Source: Longimicrobiales bacterium (GTDB taxonomy: Bacteria > Gemmatimonadota > Gemmatimonadetes > Longimicrobiales > Gaopeijiaceae). From it: a DNA stretch of 64,000 nt. Numbering within the stretch: the first letter of the stretch is position 1; each line of letters begins with the position of its first letter. This document shows positions 38,190 through 48,053 of this stretch, piece after piece. The stretch spans positions 1,984,001-2,048,000 of the forward strand of contig OZ220732.1 of NCBI GenBank assembly GCA_965116905.1. Direction: 5' to 3'. A model generated the notes under the pieces. The model was not told the origin of the DNA and did not search any database. It saw only the letters and a program-made list of their open reading frames with translations. Both the position numbers and the translations under genes were made by a program.

Positions 38190-39545
38190 ATGTTCACCAA
38201 GCTTCTCATCGCGAACCGGGGCGAGATCGCCCTGCGCATCGTGCGCGCGTGCCGCGAGCTGGACATCGCCACCGTTGCCGTGTACTCGGAAGCTGATCGC
38301 GAGTCCCTGCACGTTCGTTTCGCGGACGAGGCCGTGTGCATCGGTCCGCCCCAGGCCGCAGAGTCGTACCTGAAGGTTTCGCGCATCGTCGCCGCCGCGG
38401 AGATCACGGGAGCGGAGGCCGTGCACCCGGGGTACGGTTTCCTGGCGGAGAACGCGGAGTTCGCGGAGATCTGCCAGCGCTCGGACCTCGTCTTCGTGGG
38501 GCCGTCGCCGGACCAGATCCGGTCGATGGGCGACAAGGCGGTCGCCCGTGAGACGATGCGCGCGGCCGGGGTGCCGGTCGTGCCGGGGTCGGACGGGATC
38601 GTGCGCGACGAGAACGAAGCCCAATCGCTGGCCCGCGACATCGGGTTTCCGGTCATGGTCAAGGCGGCTGCGGGTGGCGGCGGCAAGGGCATGCGCGTGG
38701 CGGGCGACGAGTCCGAGTTCCAGCGGCACTTCAAGGCGGCGCAGGCCGAGGCGGCGGCGGCTTTCGGGGAGGACGGCGTCTATCTCGAGCGCTGCATCGT
38801 GCGGCCGCGCCACATCGAGTTCCAGGTGTTCGGGGACCAACACGGACGGGTGGTGCACGTGGGAGATCGTGACTGTTCGATCCAGCGCCGCCACCAGAAG
38901 CTGGTCGAAGAGGCGCCCTCGCCCGGCCTGACCCCGGAGCTGCGGGGCCGAATGGGCGAGGCCGCGGTGGCGGCGGCCCGTGCGATCGGGTACGTGGGCT
39001 CCGGAACCGTGGAGTTCCTGCTGGATCCCTCCGACGAGTTCTTCTTCATCGAGATGAATACGCGCATCCAGGTCGAGCACACGGTCACCGAGGTCACCAC
39101 GGGACTGGATCTCGTCAAGGAGCAGATCAGGGTCGCGGCCGGCGAACCCCTGTCCTTCCCGGAGGGGGAGATTCCCCAACGCTGCCACGCCATCGAGTTC
39201 CGAATCAACGCCGAGGACCCCGAACGCGGATTCGCTCCCGCTCCCGGCACCATCACGACCTTCCATCAGCCGGGGGGACCGGGCGTGCGCATCGACACGC
39301 ACGTGTACTCGGGCTATCGCGTGCCTCCGTTCTACGACTCCCTGATCGCAAAGCTGATCGTGTCGGGCAAGACCCGTGACGAGGCGGTGGTGCGGGGCCG
39401 CGAGGCGCTGGAGTCCTTCATCATCGAAGGAATACCCACGACGATCGGGTACCTTTCGCGGATCACGCGCGACGAGACGTTCCGGGCCGGCGGTGCCGAC
39501 ACGAGCTTCGTGGAGCGATTCATGGGCGGCAGCGCCGCGCCCTGA
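38190..39545 (+). CDS. accC: Biotin carboxylase
   Basis: [34 protein letters not shown]. Confidence 0.98.
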   Translation: MFTKLLIANRGEIALRIVRACRELDIATVAVYSEADRESLHVRFADEAVCIGPPQAAESYLKVSRIVAAAEITGAEAVHPGYGFLAENAEFAEICQRSDLVFVGPSPDQIRSMGDKAVARETMRAAGVPVVPGSDGIVRDENEAQSLARDIGFPVMVKAAAGGGGKGMRVAGDESEFQRHFKAAQAEAAAAFGEDGVYLERCIVRPRHIEFQVFGDQHGRVVHVGDRDCSIQRRHQKLVEEAPSPGLTPELRGRMGEAAVAAARAIGYVGSGTVEFLLDPSDEFFFIEMNTRIQVEHTVTEVTTGLDLVKEQIRVAAGEPLSFPEGEIPQRCHAIEFRINAEDPERGFAPAPGTITTFHQPGGPGVRIDTHVYSGYRVPPFYDSLIAKLIVSGKTRDEAVVRGREALESFIIEGIPTTIGYLSRITRDETFRAGGADTSFVERFMGGSAAP

Positions 39546-39553
39546 GCAGCCGC

Positions 39554-40273
39554 ATGCGGATCAGCGTCTTCTTCTCTCCCGACGAGGTCGACCGGGGCCG
39601 ATTGGCCGGAGCGGCGGCGGTCGTCATCGATGTCGTTCGCGCGACCTCGTGCATCGTTGAGGCGGTTGCGAACGGTGCCCGCGCCGTGCATCCCGTGGTG
39701 TCGGTCGAGGAGGCCTTCAGATTGCGTCGTTCGCTGGGAGCGGACACCCTGCTCTGTGGCGAGCGCAAGGGGCTCCGCGTGGACGGCTTCGATCTCGGCA
39801 ACTCACCCGCCGAGTTCTCCCGTGCCACGGTGTCCGGAAAGCGGCTGGTGATGACCACCACCAACGGCACACGCGCGTTTGCCGCCTCGGCTGCGGCCGA
39901 TCGCGTTCTCACGGCGTCCTTCTGCAACCAGGGCGCGGTTGTGGAAGCGCTGCCGGGCGAGGGGTCGGTCGTGGTGGTGTGCGCGGGCAAGGAGGGGCGG
40001 TTCTCGCTGGACGACACCGTTTGCGCGGGCATCATCGTGCGCGGCCTGTGCGATCGCCTGGACGCCCCGGCACGCCTGAACGACGGAGCCGTCGCGGCGG
40101 CGGATCTGGCAGCGATCCACCCGGTGACGGGGGACATGCTGGCGGGAACGGCGGCGGGGCAGGCGCTCGTGGACGTCGGGCTCGGCTCGGACCTGGCACT
40201 GTGCGCCAGGGCCGACAGGCATCAGATTGTACCCATGATGTACGATGGCGTGATTACGGTCCCGCGCGGCTGA
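39554..40273 (+). CDS. comB: 2-phosphosulfolactate phosphatase family protein
   Basis: VIDVVRATS, GFDLGNSP, TTTNGT, LDDTVCAG. Confidence 0.9.
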   Translation: MRISVFFSPDEVDRGRLAGAAAVVIDVVRATSCIVEAVANGARAVHPVVSVEEAFRLRRSLGADTLLCGERKGLRVDGFDLGNSPAEFSRATVSGKRLVMTTTNGTRAFAASAAADRVLTASFCNQGAVVEALPGEGSVVVVCAGKEGRFSLDDTVCAGIIVRGLCDRLDAPARLNDGAVAAADLAAIHPVTGDMLAGTAAGQALVDVGLGSDLALCARADRHQIVPMMYDGVITVPRG

Positions 40274-40278
40274 GCGTC

Positions 40279-42681
40279 GTGGCGAGATCCCGCGGCGCCG
40301 GGAGGACGGCGAAGCGTGCGGCCCCGCGAAAGCGTTCCGCCGGAGGGAAACGGCCCGCTCGGCGTAAGGCCAACGCGGCCGAACGAATGAGACAGCGGCG
40401 GACCCTGGCGGGGATCGTGGCGGTCCTCGCCTTTCTGGTCGCGGCGGCCATCTTCCCCGTGGAATGGCTGGGCGAACGCGCCGCCGGGGTCTTTCGTTCG
40501 GGGAATCCGGTGGGCGTAGTCGGGGACTTCGTGGACCGGAGCCTTGTCGCCGCGTTCGGTGTGGGATGCGCGGTGGTGCCGCTGGCGCTCGGGGCCACCG
40601 CGGCTTCGATCGGGGCGTGGGGGTCGGCGTCGGGCCGCAAGAGTCTCTGGATCCTTACCGCGTCGCTGCTGGTCCTGGTTCCCGTGTCCGCCTTCCTGGC
40701 CGGCGCGGGAGATGGGGCGAGCGGGTTCGTCGGGACGGCGCTCGGGGGGCCGCTGAGCGAAACGGTGGGCAGGCTGGGGGCCTGGGTGCTGGTGGGCGGC
40801 GCGGTCGTGGCGACGTCGGTTGCCGCGTTCCGGTTCAACCCGTTGGCGCCGCCGGCGGCGGCCGTGGCCATGACGTACCGTGGGACGAACCGCGGCGTTC
40901 GTGCGCTTGCGGCGGCCGGAGGCAGGTGGCGGGGCCGAGGCCGGGAACGGCGCGAAGCCAGGCGTGCGAAGCGGGCCGAGCGGAACGCCGCCGGATCGAC
41001 GGAGGCGCCGGCGGTGGAAGGGGAGGAAGCCGTGATGGGGGCCGTGGCGGGGGGTGTGGCGGAGCCGGAGGAGGAGACCGGGGAGCCGGTCGCGCCGATC
41101 ATGCAGCCGCGTGAACCGGATCTTCTCCGGGACGACGAGTTGCCGTCCGTGGACTACCCGTTGCCGGGCTTGGAACTGCTCACCGCGCCGCGGCACGAGA
41201 GCGGTCTCGGCATGGAGCGCGAACTCGACGGTCTCGCGGAAGTGCTGACCCGGACCCTGGAGACCTTCAACATCAAGAGCAGGATCGCGGGGCGCACGAC
41301 GGGTCCGGCCGTGACCCAGTACGAGGTCGTGCCGGCTCCCGGGATCAAGGTCAACCGGATCGCCAATCTGGACGCGGATCTGGCCCTGGCGATGAAGGCG
41401 CGGAGCGTGAGGATCGTGGCCCCCATACCGGGGAAGGGCGCGGTCGGCGTCGAGATTCCGAACCCGCAACCCGAGATCGTGCGTTTGCGGGAGATCCTGG
41501 ACGCGCCCGTGTTCGCGCGGTCGCGCGGCCTGCTCCCGCTCGCGCTCGGGAAGGACCTAACGGGCGATCCGTTCGTGGCGGACCTGGCGGGGATGCCCCA
41601 CGCGCTCATTGCCGGCGCCACGGGTTCGGGCAAGTCCGTCTGCCTCAATACGATCATCACCAGTCTCGTCTACCGGCACGGTCCCGACCGCCTGCGTTTC
41701 CTCCTCATCGATCCCAAGATGGTCGAGCTTTCCGCATACGCCGATCTTCCGCATCTGCGCCATCCGGTCGTGACGGACCCGCGCGACGCTGCGGGCGCGC
41801 TCAAATGGGCCGTGCTCGAAATGGATCGCCGATACGGCCTGCTCAGCGCCAACGGGGTCCGGTCGCTGCAGGAGTTCAACGAGCGCCTGGAACGCGGCGC
41901 GAAGATGAGGTTGGCGGTGCCGGACGGACCCGAGGAGGAAGAGGACAGCTGGGTCTACGACGGCGGGCCGCTCCCCTGGATCGTCGTGGTCGTGGACGAG
42001 TTGGCGGACCTCATGATGACCGTCCAGGCCGAGGTCGAGAAGCCCCTGACGCAACTCGCGCAGAAGGCCCGGGCGATCGGCATCCATCTCCTTGTGGCCA
42101 CCCAGCGCCCGAGCGTGAACGTGATCACCGGCCTGATCAAGGCCAACTTCCCGTGCCGTATCGCCTTTCGGGTCGCCTCCAAGACCGATTCCAGGACGAT
42201 CCTCGACCAGAACGGCGCAGACTCGCTGCTGGGTTCGGGTGACATGCTGTTCCTGCCGCCGGGCAAGAGCGAGCCGGTCCGGATGCAGGGCGCGTTCATC
42301 TCCACCGGCGAGACCGAAGCACTGATGGGATGGTACCGGGAACAGGCCGACACCCTGGAGGCCCTCAAGGCCCGTGTGAGAAGCGACGAGGCCGACATCC
42401 TGGACGCCGTCAGGGATGCGGAGGCCGAAGACGACGCGGGGGGCGACGGAGCCATTCGCGGGGACTGGGACCCGCTATTCAGGGAGGCCGCGGGCGCGTG
42501 CATCCAGCAGGGTGCGGGATCGACCTCGCTGTTGCAGCGGCGTCTGCGGATCGGGTATGGAAGGGCGGCCCGCATCGTCGATCAGCTGCACGACGCGGGT
42601 GTGCTGGGGCCCCCGGACGGCTCGAAGCCGCGGGAGGTGCTGGTGGGCCAGGCCGGACTGGACGAGATATGTCCCGGCTGA
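40279..42681 (+). CDS. ftsK: DNA translocase FtsK
   Basis: N-terminal TMs, GATGSGKS, IDPKMVEL, ATQRPS, gamma domain LQRRLRIGYGRAAR. Confidence 0.97.
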   Translation: MARSRGAGRTAKRAAPRKRSAGGKRPARRKANAAERMRQRRTLAGIVAVLAFLVAAAIFPVEWLGERAAGVFRSGNPVGVVGDFVDRSLVAAFGVGCAVVPLALGATAASIGAWGSASGRKSLWILTASLLVLVPVSAFLAGAGDGASGFVGTALGGPLSETVGRLGAWVLVGGAVVATSVAAFRFNPLAPPAAAVAMTYRGTNRGVRALAAAGGRWRGRGRERREARRAKRAERNAAGSTEAPAVEGEEAVMGAVAGGVAEPEEETGEPVAPIMQPREPDLLRDDELPSVDYPLPGLELLTAPRHESGLGMERELDGLAEVLTRTLETFNIKSRIAGRTTGPAVTQYEVVPAPGIKVNRIANLDADLALAMKARSVRIVAPIPGKGAVGVEIPNPQPEIVRLREILDAPVFARSRGLLPLALGKDLTGDPFVADLAGMPHALIAGATGSGKSVCLNTIITSLVYRHGPDRLRFLLIDPKMVELSAYADLPHLRHPVVTDPRDAAGALKWAVLEMDRRYGLLSANGVRSLQEFNERLERGAKMRLAVPDGPEEEEDSWVYDGGPLPWIVVVVDELADLMMTVQAEVEKPLTQLAQKARAIGIHLLVATQRPSVNVITGLIKANFPCRIAFRVASKTDSRTILDQNGADSLLGSGDMLFLPPGKSEPVRMQGAFISTGETEALMGWYREQADTLEALKARVRSDEADILDAVRDAEAEDDAGGDGAIRGDWDPLFREAAGACIQQGAGSTSLLQRRLRIGYGRAARIVDQLHDAGVLGPPDGSKPREVLVGQAGLDEICPG

Positions 42682-43397
42682 TGTGCTTTCCCGCCATCCG
42701 CTCGGCCGCCGGCACACTCGTGCTTTCTGCCGCCGTCGCGACGCTCGCCCTGTCGTCCGGCGCGCGCCCGGTGGCCGCGCAGGACGGCGCGCTCGGCACC
42801 ATGGAGGATGCGGCACGGCGCTACCGCGAAGTTCGCGCGATGTGCGCCGACTTCGAGCAGGTGATCGAGGCCCGGCTCCTGAGAAGGACCATCGAGAGCG
42901 CGGGCCGAATCTGTCAGCAGCGGCCGAACCTCTTCTCGATGCGCTTTGACGACCCGCCGGGAGATCTTGTCGTCTCCGACGGGCGACACTTCTGGGTGTA
43001 TTATCCGAGCATGGACGCAGAGCAGGTGATGCGCTACCCCGTGGCTGATTCGCCGGGCCGCCACGACTTCTTTCGCGAATTCCTGGAGGACCCTGCCGCC
43101 AAGTACGCGGCCAGCGACAGCGGCACGGAGTCCGTCGCCGGTCACGAGTGTCGTGTCGTCAGCCTGACCCCCACCGCCGCCGCGTCGTACCGCCGGGCTC
43201 GACTGTGGGTGGATGCGGAGTCGCACCTGGTCCGGCGGCTGGAGTTGCACGAGGAAAGCGGGAACATCCGCACGGTGACCCTGCACAACGAGGATCTCGC
43301 CCCCGCGCTCGACCCCGCGGTGTTCACCTTCCAGGCGCCGGCGGGAGCGCGAGTGCTCGGCCCTCCCGGTTCGCCGGGTCCGCGTCCCGCCCGATGA
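42669..43397 (+). CDS. lolA: Outer-membrane lipoprotein carrier LolA
   Basis: ADFEQ, RPNLF, VSDGRHFWVYYP; follows ftsK. Confidence 0.88.
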   Translation: MSRLMCFPAIRSAAGTLVLSAAVATLALSSGARPVAAQDGALGTMEDAARRYREVRAMCADFEQVIEARLLRRTIESAGRICQQRPNLFSMRFDDPPGDLVVSDGRHFWVYYPSMDAEQVMRYPVADSPGRHDFFREFLEDPAAKYAASDSGTESVAGHECRVVSLTPTAAASYRRARLWVDAESHLVRRLELHEESGNIRTVTLHNEDLAPALDPAVFTFQAPAGARVLGPPGSPGPRPAR

Positions 43398-44851
43398 GGC
43401 TGCGCACAAGGGAACTGCCCGTGTTCCCCGTCGCCTCCGGCCCGGTAAGACCGGGAGTGGATCCTGGCGTGCGCGCGGTCGATCCGCGGTCCTTCGAACT
43501 CGGTTCCGGAGATGGTCCGCGTCTGGGCGTCGTGACTTTGGGCTGCGACAAGAACACCGTCGACTCGGAACACATGATGGGCGCGCTTCTGTCGGCCGGG
43601 GCGAGGGTCACCAGCGATGTCGAGTCCGCGGACGTCGTCGTGGTCAACACCTGCGGCTTCATCGACGCGGCCAAGGAGCAGTCGATCGAAACGATCCTCA
43701 ACGCCTGTGCCCTCAAGGAGCGGGGGCAGGTCAAGGCGGTGGCCGCGGTCGGCTGCATGGTGCAGCGCTATCGGGAGGATCTGGAGCGCGAGATCCCGGA
43801 GGTCGACCTCTTCCTGGGGATCGCCGAGTTGTCGCGGCTGGTCCCGGAGCTTCGGGCACGGGGACACATCCGCGACGACTTCATCCCGACGATGGAACGC
43901 CCGATGCGCGTCCTCGCCACCGAAACGCGCCACGTCTCGTTCCTCAAGGTGAGCGAGGGCTGCGACCATCGCTGCGCGTTCTGCGCGATCCCCCACATGC
44001 GGGGGCTGCACCGCTCCGCGGACCTGGACAGTCTGGTCGCGGAGGCGCGGGCGCTTGGGGAGCAGGGTGTACGCGAGCTGAACCTGGTCTCGCAGGACAC
44101 GACATGGTACGGGCGGGATCTTTGGCGCCACGATCGGTCGGCGCCCCTCCTTCAGGACCTGCTGGAGGCGCTGCTGCAGGGCACGGGGGTGGACTGGTAC
44201 CGGCTCCTGTACATGTATCCGTCCGGGATCACCCCCGATCTCGTGGCGCTGCTGGCCCGCGAACCCCGCCTGCTGCCGTATCTGGACATGCCGCTTCAAC
44301 ACGGCAGCGACCGGATCCTGACCAGCATGCGGCGCCCGGAGAGGCAGGCCACGATTCGCGAACGGGTCCGCTGGCTCAGGGACAGCATCGACGACCTCAC
44401 CCTGCGCACGACCGTGATCGTCGGCTTTCCCGGGGAGACCGACGACGACGTCCGCGAGATGATCGACTTCCTCGACGAGATCCGGTTCGACCGGGTCGGT
44501 GCCTTCACGTACTCGATAGAAGAGGGAACAGCGGCCGCCGCGATGCCCGACCAGGTGCCCGACGAGGTCAAGGCGGAGCGGCTGGAGCTCGTCATGGAGC
44601 GGCAGAGGGACATCTCGCACGATTTGAACCATGCCAGGATCGGGTGCCGCGAGAGCGTGCTGGTGGACTCGCTTACAACGGAAGAGGAGGGATGCCAGGC
44701 CGTGGGGCGCAGCCGGGGTCAGGCCCCGGAGGTCGACGGAAGGACCTGGCTGAGGCATTTGGGGCGGGCGGGCCCGGGTGACATTGTAGAGGTGGAGATC
44801 GTGGATGCGGACGACTACGACCTGACCGGGAGAGTGCTGCCAAATGCCTGA
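43394..44851 (+). CDS. rimO: Ribosomal protein S12 methylthiotransferase
   Basis: LGCDKNTVDSE, NTCGFI, CDHRCAFC, APEVDG. Confidence 0.96.
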   Translation: MRLRTRELPVFPVASGPVRPGVDPGVRAVDPRSFELGSGDGPRLGVVTLGCDKNTVDSEHMMGALLSAGARVTSDVESADVVVVNTCGFIDAAKEQSIETILNACALKERGQVKAVAAVGCMVQRYREDLEREIPEVDLFLGIAELSRLVPELRARGHIRDDFIPTMERPMRVLATETRHVSFLKVSEGCDHRCAFCAIPHMRGLHRSADLDSLVAEARALGEQGVRELNLVSQDTTWYGRDLWRHDRSAPLLQDLLEALLQGTGVDWYRLLYMYPSGITPDLVALLAREPRLLPYLDMPLQHGSDRILTSMRRPERQATIRERVRWLRDSIDDLTLRTTVIVGFPGETDDDVREMIDFLDEIRFDRVGAFTYSIEEGTAAAAMPDQVPDEVKAERLELVMERQRDISHDLNHARIGCRESVLVDSLTTEEEGCQAVGRSRGQAPEVDGRTWLRHLGRAGPGDIVEVEIVDADDYDLTGRVLPNA

Positions 44852-45863
44852 TGCAAGTGGTCGTGTGCGGGTGGGTGTCATAGGAACGGGTGCGGTCAGC
44901 CAGCTCATGCACCTGCCGATACTGTCCGAACGCGCCGACGTAGAGGTCACCGCGATATCGGACCTGGACGAGTTGAAGGCGCGCGCTGTCGCAGGGCGCT
45001 TCGGCGTTCCGAGAATCCTGGACGACGACGCCCTCGTCGCGGACGACGACATCGACGGGGTCGTGATCAGCGCGCCGAGCTTTCTGCACGAGGGGCTTGT
45101 GGCGGCGTGTCTCCGGGCGGACAAGCACGTGCTGGTCGAGCGGCCCCTGGCTTTGTCGTCGGGGGGTGTGCGCTGGGTCCTTGAACAGGCGGAACACACC
45201 GGACGCGGGGTGGTGCTGGGAATGTCGCACCGATACCAGCCGGACGTCAGCGCGCTCCGCGCGCTGATCGCCGACGGCGGGCTCGGAGAGGTGAGCACCG
45301 CCCGCGTGAGCTGGCTCAATCAGTCGGTCCGGCGGCCTCGCACGGGATGGCGGCGGCGTGCGCTCGAGTCCGGCGGTGGCGCGCTGATGGACCTGGGCGT
45401 GCCGGCGCTGGATCTCGCGCTGTGGGTCCTCGGCTATCCCGGGGTTGCCCGCGTCTCCGCGCTGACTCCGGGAGACGGGTTCGATGTGGAGGAGGAAGCC
45501 CACCTGTATGCGGTCACCGAGGACGGGGTCGGCATTGCCATGGCGGCAAGCTGGCGCTTCCACGGCACCGACGACCGGCACTCCCTGCAGGTCCTCGGGG
45601 CGGCGGGCTCGGCTCGACTTTCTCCCCTGTCGATCTTCACCGAGAAGGACGGGCGCGCCGTCAACGTGACTCCGCGGCTGCCGATTCCGCGCGGAGGCGA
45701 AGATGTCTACACGAGTGGGTATCGCCGCCTGCTGGACCATTTCGTACGGGTCACGGCGGGGCAGGCCTCCCCCGAGCCGCCTGCCGAACAGGCCGTCCTG
45801 ATGGATCTCATCGAGGGGGCATACGCGTCGGCGCGGGAGGGCCGGGAAGTCTCGTTGGCCTGA
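44844..45863 (+). CDS. Gfo/Idh/MocA oxidoreductase
   Basis: GVIGTG, HVLVERP, GGGALMDLG. Confidence 0.9.
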   Translation: MPDASGRVRVGVIGTGAVSQLMHLPILSERADVEVTAISDLDELKARAVAGRFGVPRILDDDALVADDDIDGVVISAPSFLHEGLVAACLRADKHVLVERPLALSSGGVRWVLEQAEHTGRGVVLGMSHRYQPDVSALRALIADGGLGEVSTARVSWLNQSVRRPRTGWRRRALESGGGALMDLGVPALDLALWVLGYPGVARVSALTPGDGFDVEEEAHLYAVTEDGVGIAMAASWRFHGTDDRHSLQVLGAAGSARLSPLSIFTEKDGRAVNVTPRLPIPRGGEDVYTSGYRRLLDHFVRVTAGQASPEPPAEQAVLMDLIEGAYASAREGREVSLA

Positions 45864-45878
45864 TGCGGGTCGGGTAGC

Positions 45879-47519
45879 GTGACCCTGCGCCCGTTCCTGC
45901 TGGCAGTCGTATCCGGCATCGCCCTGGGCACGACCTATTCGCCACATGGAGGGCCGGTGCTTCCGTTCCTGGCCTTCGCGCCGCTGGCGTTGGCCCTGGC
46001 CTCCAACGCACCGCCTTTCGCGCCGTTCGCGCCGGGTTTCGTGGCCGCGGTGCTCGCCCACGGCATGGGGCTGTACTGGATGGTCCCCGCGCTGTCCTGG
46101 AGAACGGCGCTGGCGGTTCCCGTGTACCTCCTGGTGCTCGTGATGATCGGCATTGTCGCCGGGGCCGCCACGGCGGGAGCGGTCAACCTCCACCGATGGA
46201 GGCGCTGGCCGCTGCCCCTGTCGCTGCCGTTGTGCTGGACGGGCTTCGAGTGGACGGCGGCGCATGTGCCCGGGGTCTCGTACGCCTGGCTGAACGCCGG
46301 GGGGTCGCTGGCGTGGTATCCCACAGCCGCCGCCGGGGCCGAACTCCTGGGCGCACGGCTGCTCACGGTCTGGACTGTCGCCTGCGGGGCGGTGGCCGCT
46401 GGGGCGGTGCAGGCTGGCTGGGGCGCGAAAGGTGGCCGAGGCGCGAAAGGTGGCCGAGGCGAGTGGATGCGGGGGGCACCGGGCCGGATGCTGCTGCTGG
46501 CGGGTCTGGTCGGCATTCCCCTGGCGCTCGGCAGCCTTCGCCAGGGGGAGCTCACGGGCTCCGGCGCCGCGGATCCGCTGCTGCGGGTGGCCCTGGTGCA
46601 AGCCGGTCATGGCAACATGGCCGATGGGGGACCCGTGGCCGACGGGGGCGAGGACGCGAGCCGGGCGGCGGCTATGGAAGGCGTGGCCCGGTGGATCGAA
46701 CCGCTCCGCGCGCTTCGCGAAACCGAGCACTTCGACCTGGCGGTATTCCCCGAGCGGCATGTGGCGGCGACGCTCCTGGACCCGGTCGGCGGCACGGTGT
46801 CGGCGGCGGGCCGGAGAGCGACGGGGCTCGCGGCCGCGCTCGGCGTTCCGATCCTGCTGGGCGCGCTCGACAGCCGCATTGCGGAGGCGGGCACGGACAC
46901 GCTGTGGTACAATGCCGCGCTCGCGCCGAGGCCGGACGGGACGATTCCCCGCGCCTACCGCAAGCGCAGGCTTGTGCCGGGGCTGGAAGGAGCGGGACTG
47001 GCCGGAAGCGCGTTCGGCACCCGGAACCGTGGCTATTCCGCGGGTGCCGAGTCACTGCCGCTGCGTACGGGGGACACGGTCGTCGGGGCCATGGTCTGCT
47101 ACGACTCGGCCTATGCGGAGACGGCCCGGTCCCTGGTCCGCGCCGGCGCGGAGTGGCTGGCCGTGCTGTCCAACGATGACTGGCTGGACCCCGACCTGCC
47201 CTTGCGCGTGACCTGGGCCTACTGGCAGCACGCCACGCACGGACGCCTGCGCGCCATCGAGAACAGGATCGGCCTCGTCCAGGTCGCGTCCACGGGGTAC
47301 ACCTTCGCGGCAGGGCCCGACGGTACCGGCCCGGAGACCGTGCTGGAGCCTGGCGAGCAGGGCATCGCGGTCGCGGGTGTCGGCCGCAGGGCCGCCGGGA
47401 CCCTGTTCACAAGGATCGGCGACATTCTGGGTCTCGCGTGCTTTGTCGCCCTCGTCGCAGGGCTGTTCACACGCAGTCCCCGAAACGGGAATCTCCCGGT
47501 GCCGGGGGCCCGCCATTAG
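45879..47519 (+). CDS. lnt: Apolipoprotein N-acyltransferase
   Basis: TM N-terminus; nitrilase triad FPE, YRKRRLVP, VCYDS; SNDDW, RAIEN. Confidence 0.9.
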   Translation: MTLRPFLLAVVSGIALGTTYSPHGGPVLPFLAFAPLALALASNAPPFAPFAPGFVAAVLAHGMGLYWMVPALSWRTALAVPVYLLVLVMIGIVAGAATAGAVNLHRWRRWPLPLSLPLCWTGFEWTAAHVPGVSYAWLNAGGSLAWYPTAAAGAELLGARLLTVWTVACGAVAAGAVQAGWGAKGGRGAKGGRGEWMRGAPGRMLLLAGLVGIPLALGSLRQGELTGSGAADPLLRVALVQAGHGNMADGGPVADGGEDASRAAAMEGVARWIEPLRALRETEHFDLAVFPERHVAATLLDPVGGTVSAAGRRATGLAAALGVPILLGALDSRIAEAGTDTLWYNAALAPRPDGTIPRAYRKRRLVPGLEGAGLAGSAFGTRNRGYSAGAESLPLRTGDTVVGAMVCYDSAYAETARSLVRAGAEWLAVLSNDDWLDPDLPLRVTWAYWQHATHGRLRAIENRIGLVQVASTGYTFAAGPDGTGPETVLEPGEQGIAVAGVGRRAAGTLFTRIGDILGLACFVALVAGLFTRSPRNGNLPVPGARH

Positions 47520-47552
47520 TTTACCTCTTTCCCTTTCACGAAGAGCCGGTTC

Positions 47553-48038
47553 ATGCTGGACGAAATCAAGGCGAAGATCTCCGAGGAGGTCGAGGCCCTC
47601 ACCCACGAACTCAACGTCGAACTGCCGGACAGGATCCAGAAGGCGGTCGAACTGGGCGACCTGCGCGAGAACGCAGAATACAAGTCCGCGCTGGAGCGCC
47701 AGCAGTTCGTTCAGGCCCGGATCGGGCACCTGGCCGGCCGCATGGCGGAGATCTCCAGGATCAACGTCGCGGACATGCCCCTGGACCGGGCGGGCTTCGG
47801 GTCCACGCTCAGGGTGCACGACCTCGCGCTCGACCGCGAAGTGACCTTTACGATCGTGGCGGGCGACTATATCGACCTGGAGGCGGGCCACGTCTCCCTG
47901 GACTCGCCGATCGGGAAAGGGCTGACCGGTGCCCGGGAGGGCGATGAGGTCACGATCGACCTGCCCGCTGGCCAGCGGCGCTTCAAGGTCCTGGAGCTGG
48001 CCACCTTGCCCCGGCAGCTGGGCGACGACGGCGCCTAG
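47553..48038 (+). CDS. greA: Transcription elongation factor GreA/GreB
   Basis: GDLRENAEY, SPIGKGL. Confidence 0.92.
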   Translation: MLDEIKAKISEEVEALTHELNVELPDRIQKAVELGDLRENAEYKSALERQQFVQARIGHLAGRMAEISRINVADMPLDRAGFGSTLRVHDLALDREVTFTIVAGDYIDLEAGHVSLDSPIGKGLTGAREGDEVTIDLPAGQRRFKVLELATLPRQLGDDGA

Positions 48039-48053
48039 CTCGGTGGCGCCGCG

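Noticed and set aside
39554..40273. comB as evidence of coenzyme M synthesis
   Set aside because: No comA/C/D/E nearby; ComB-like phosphatases are widespread in bacteria
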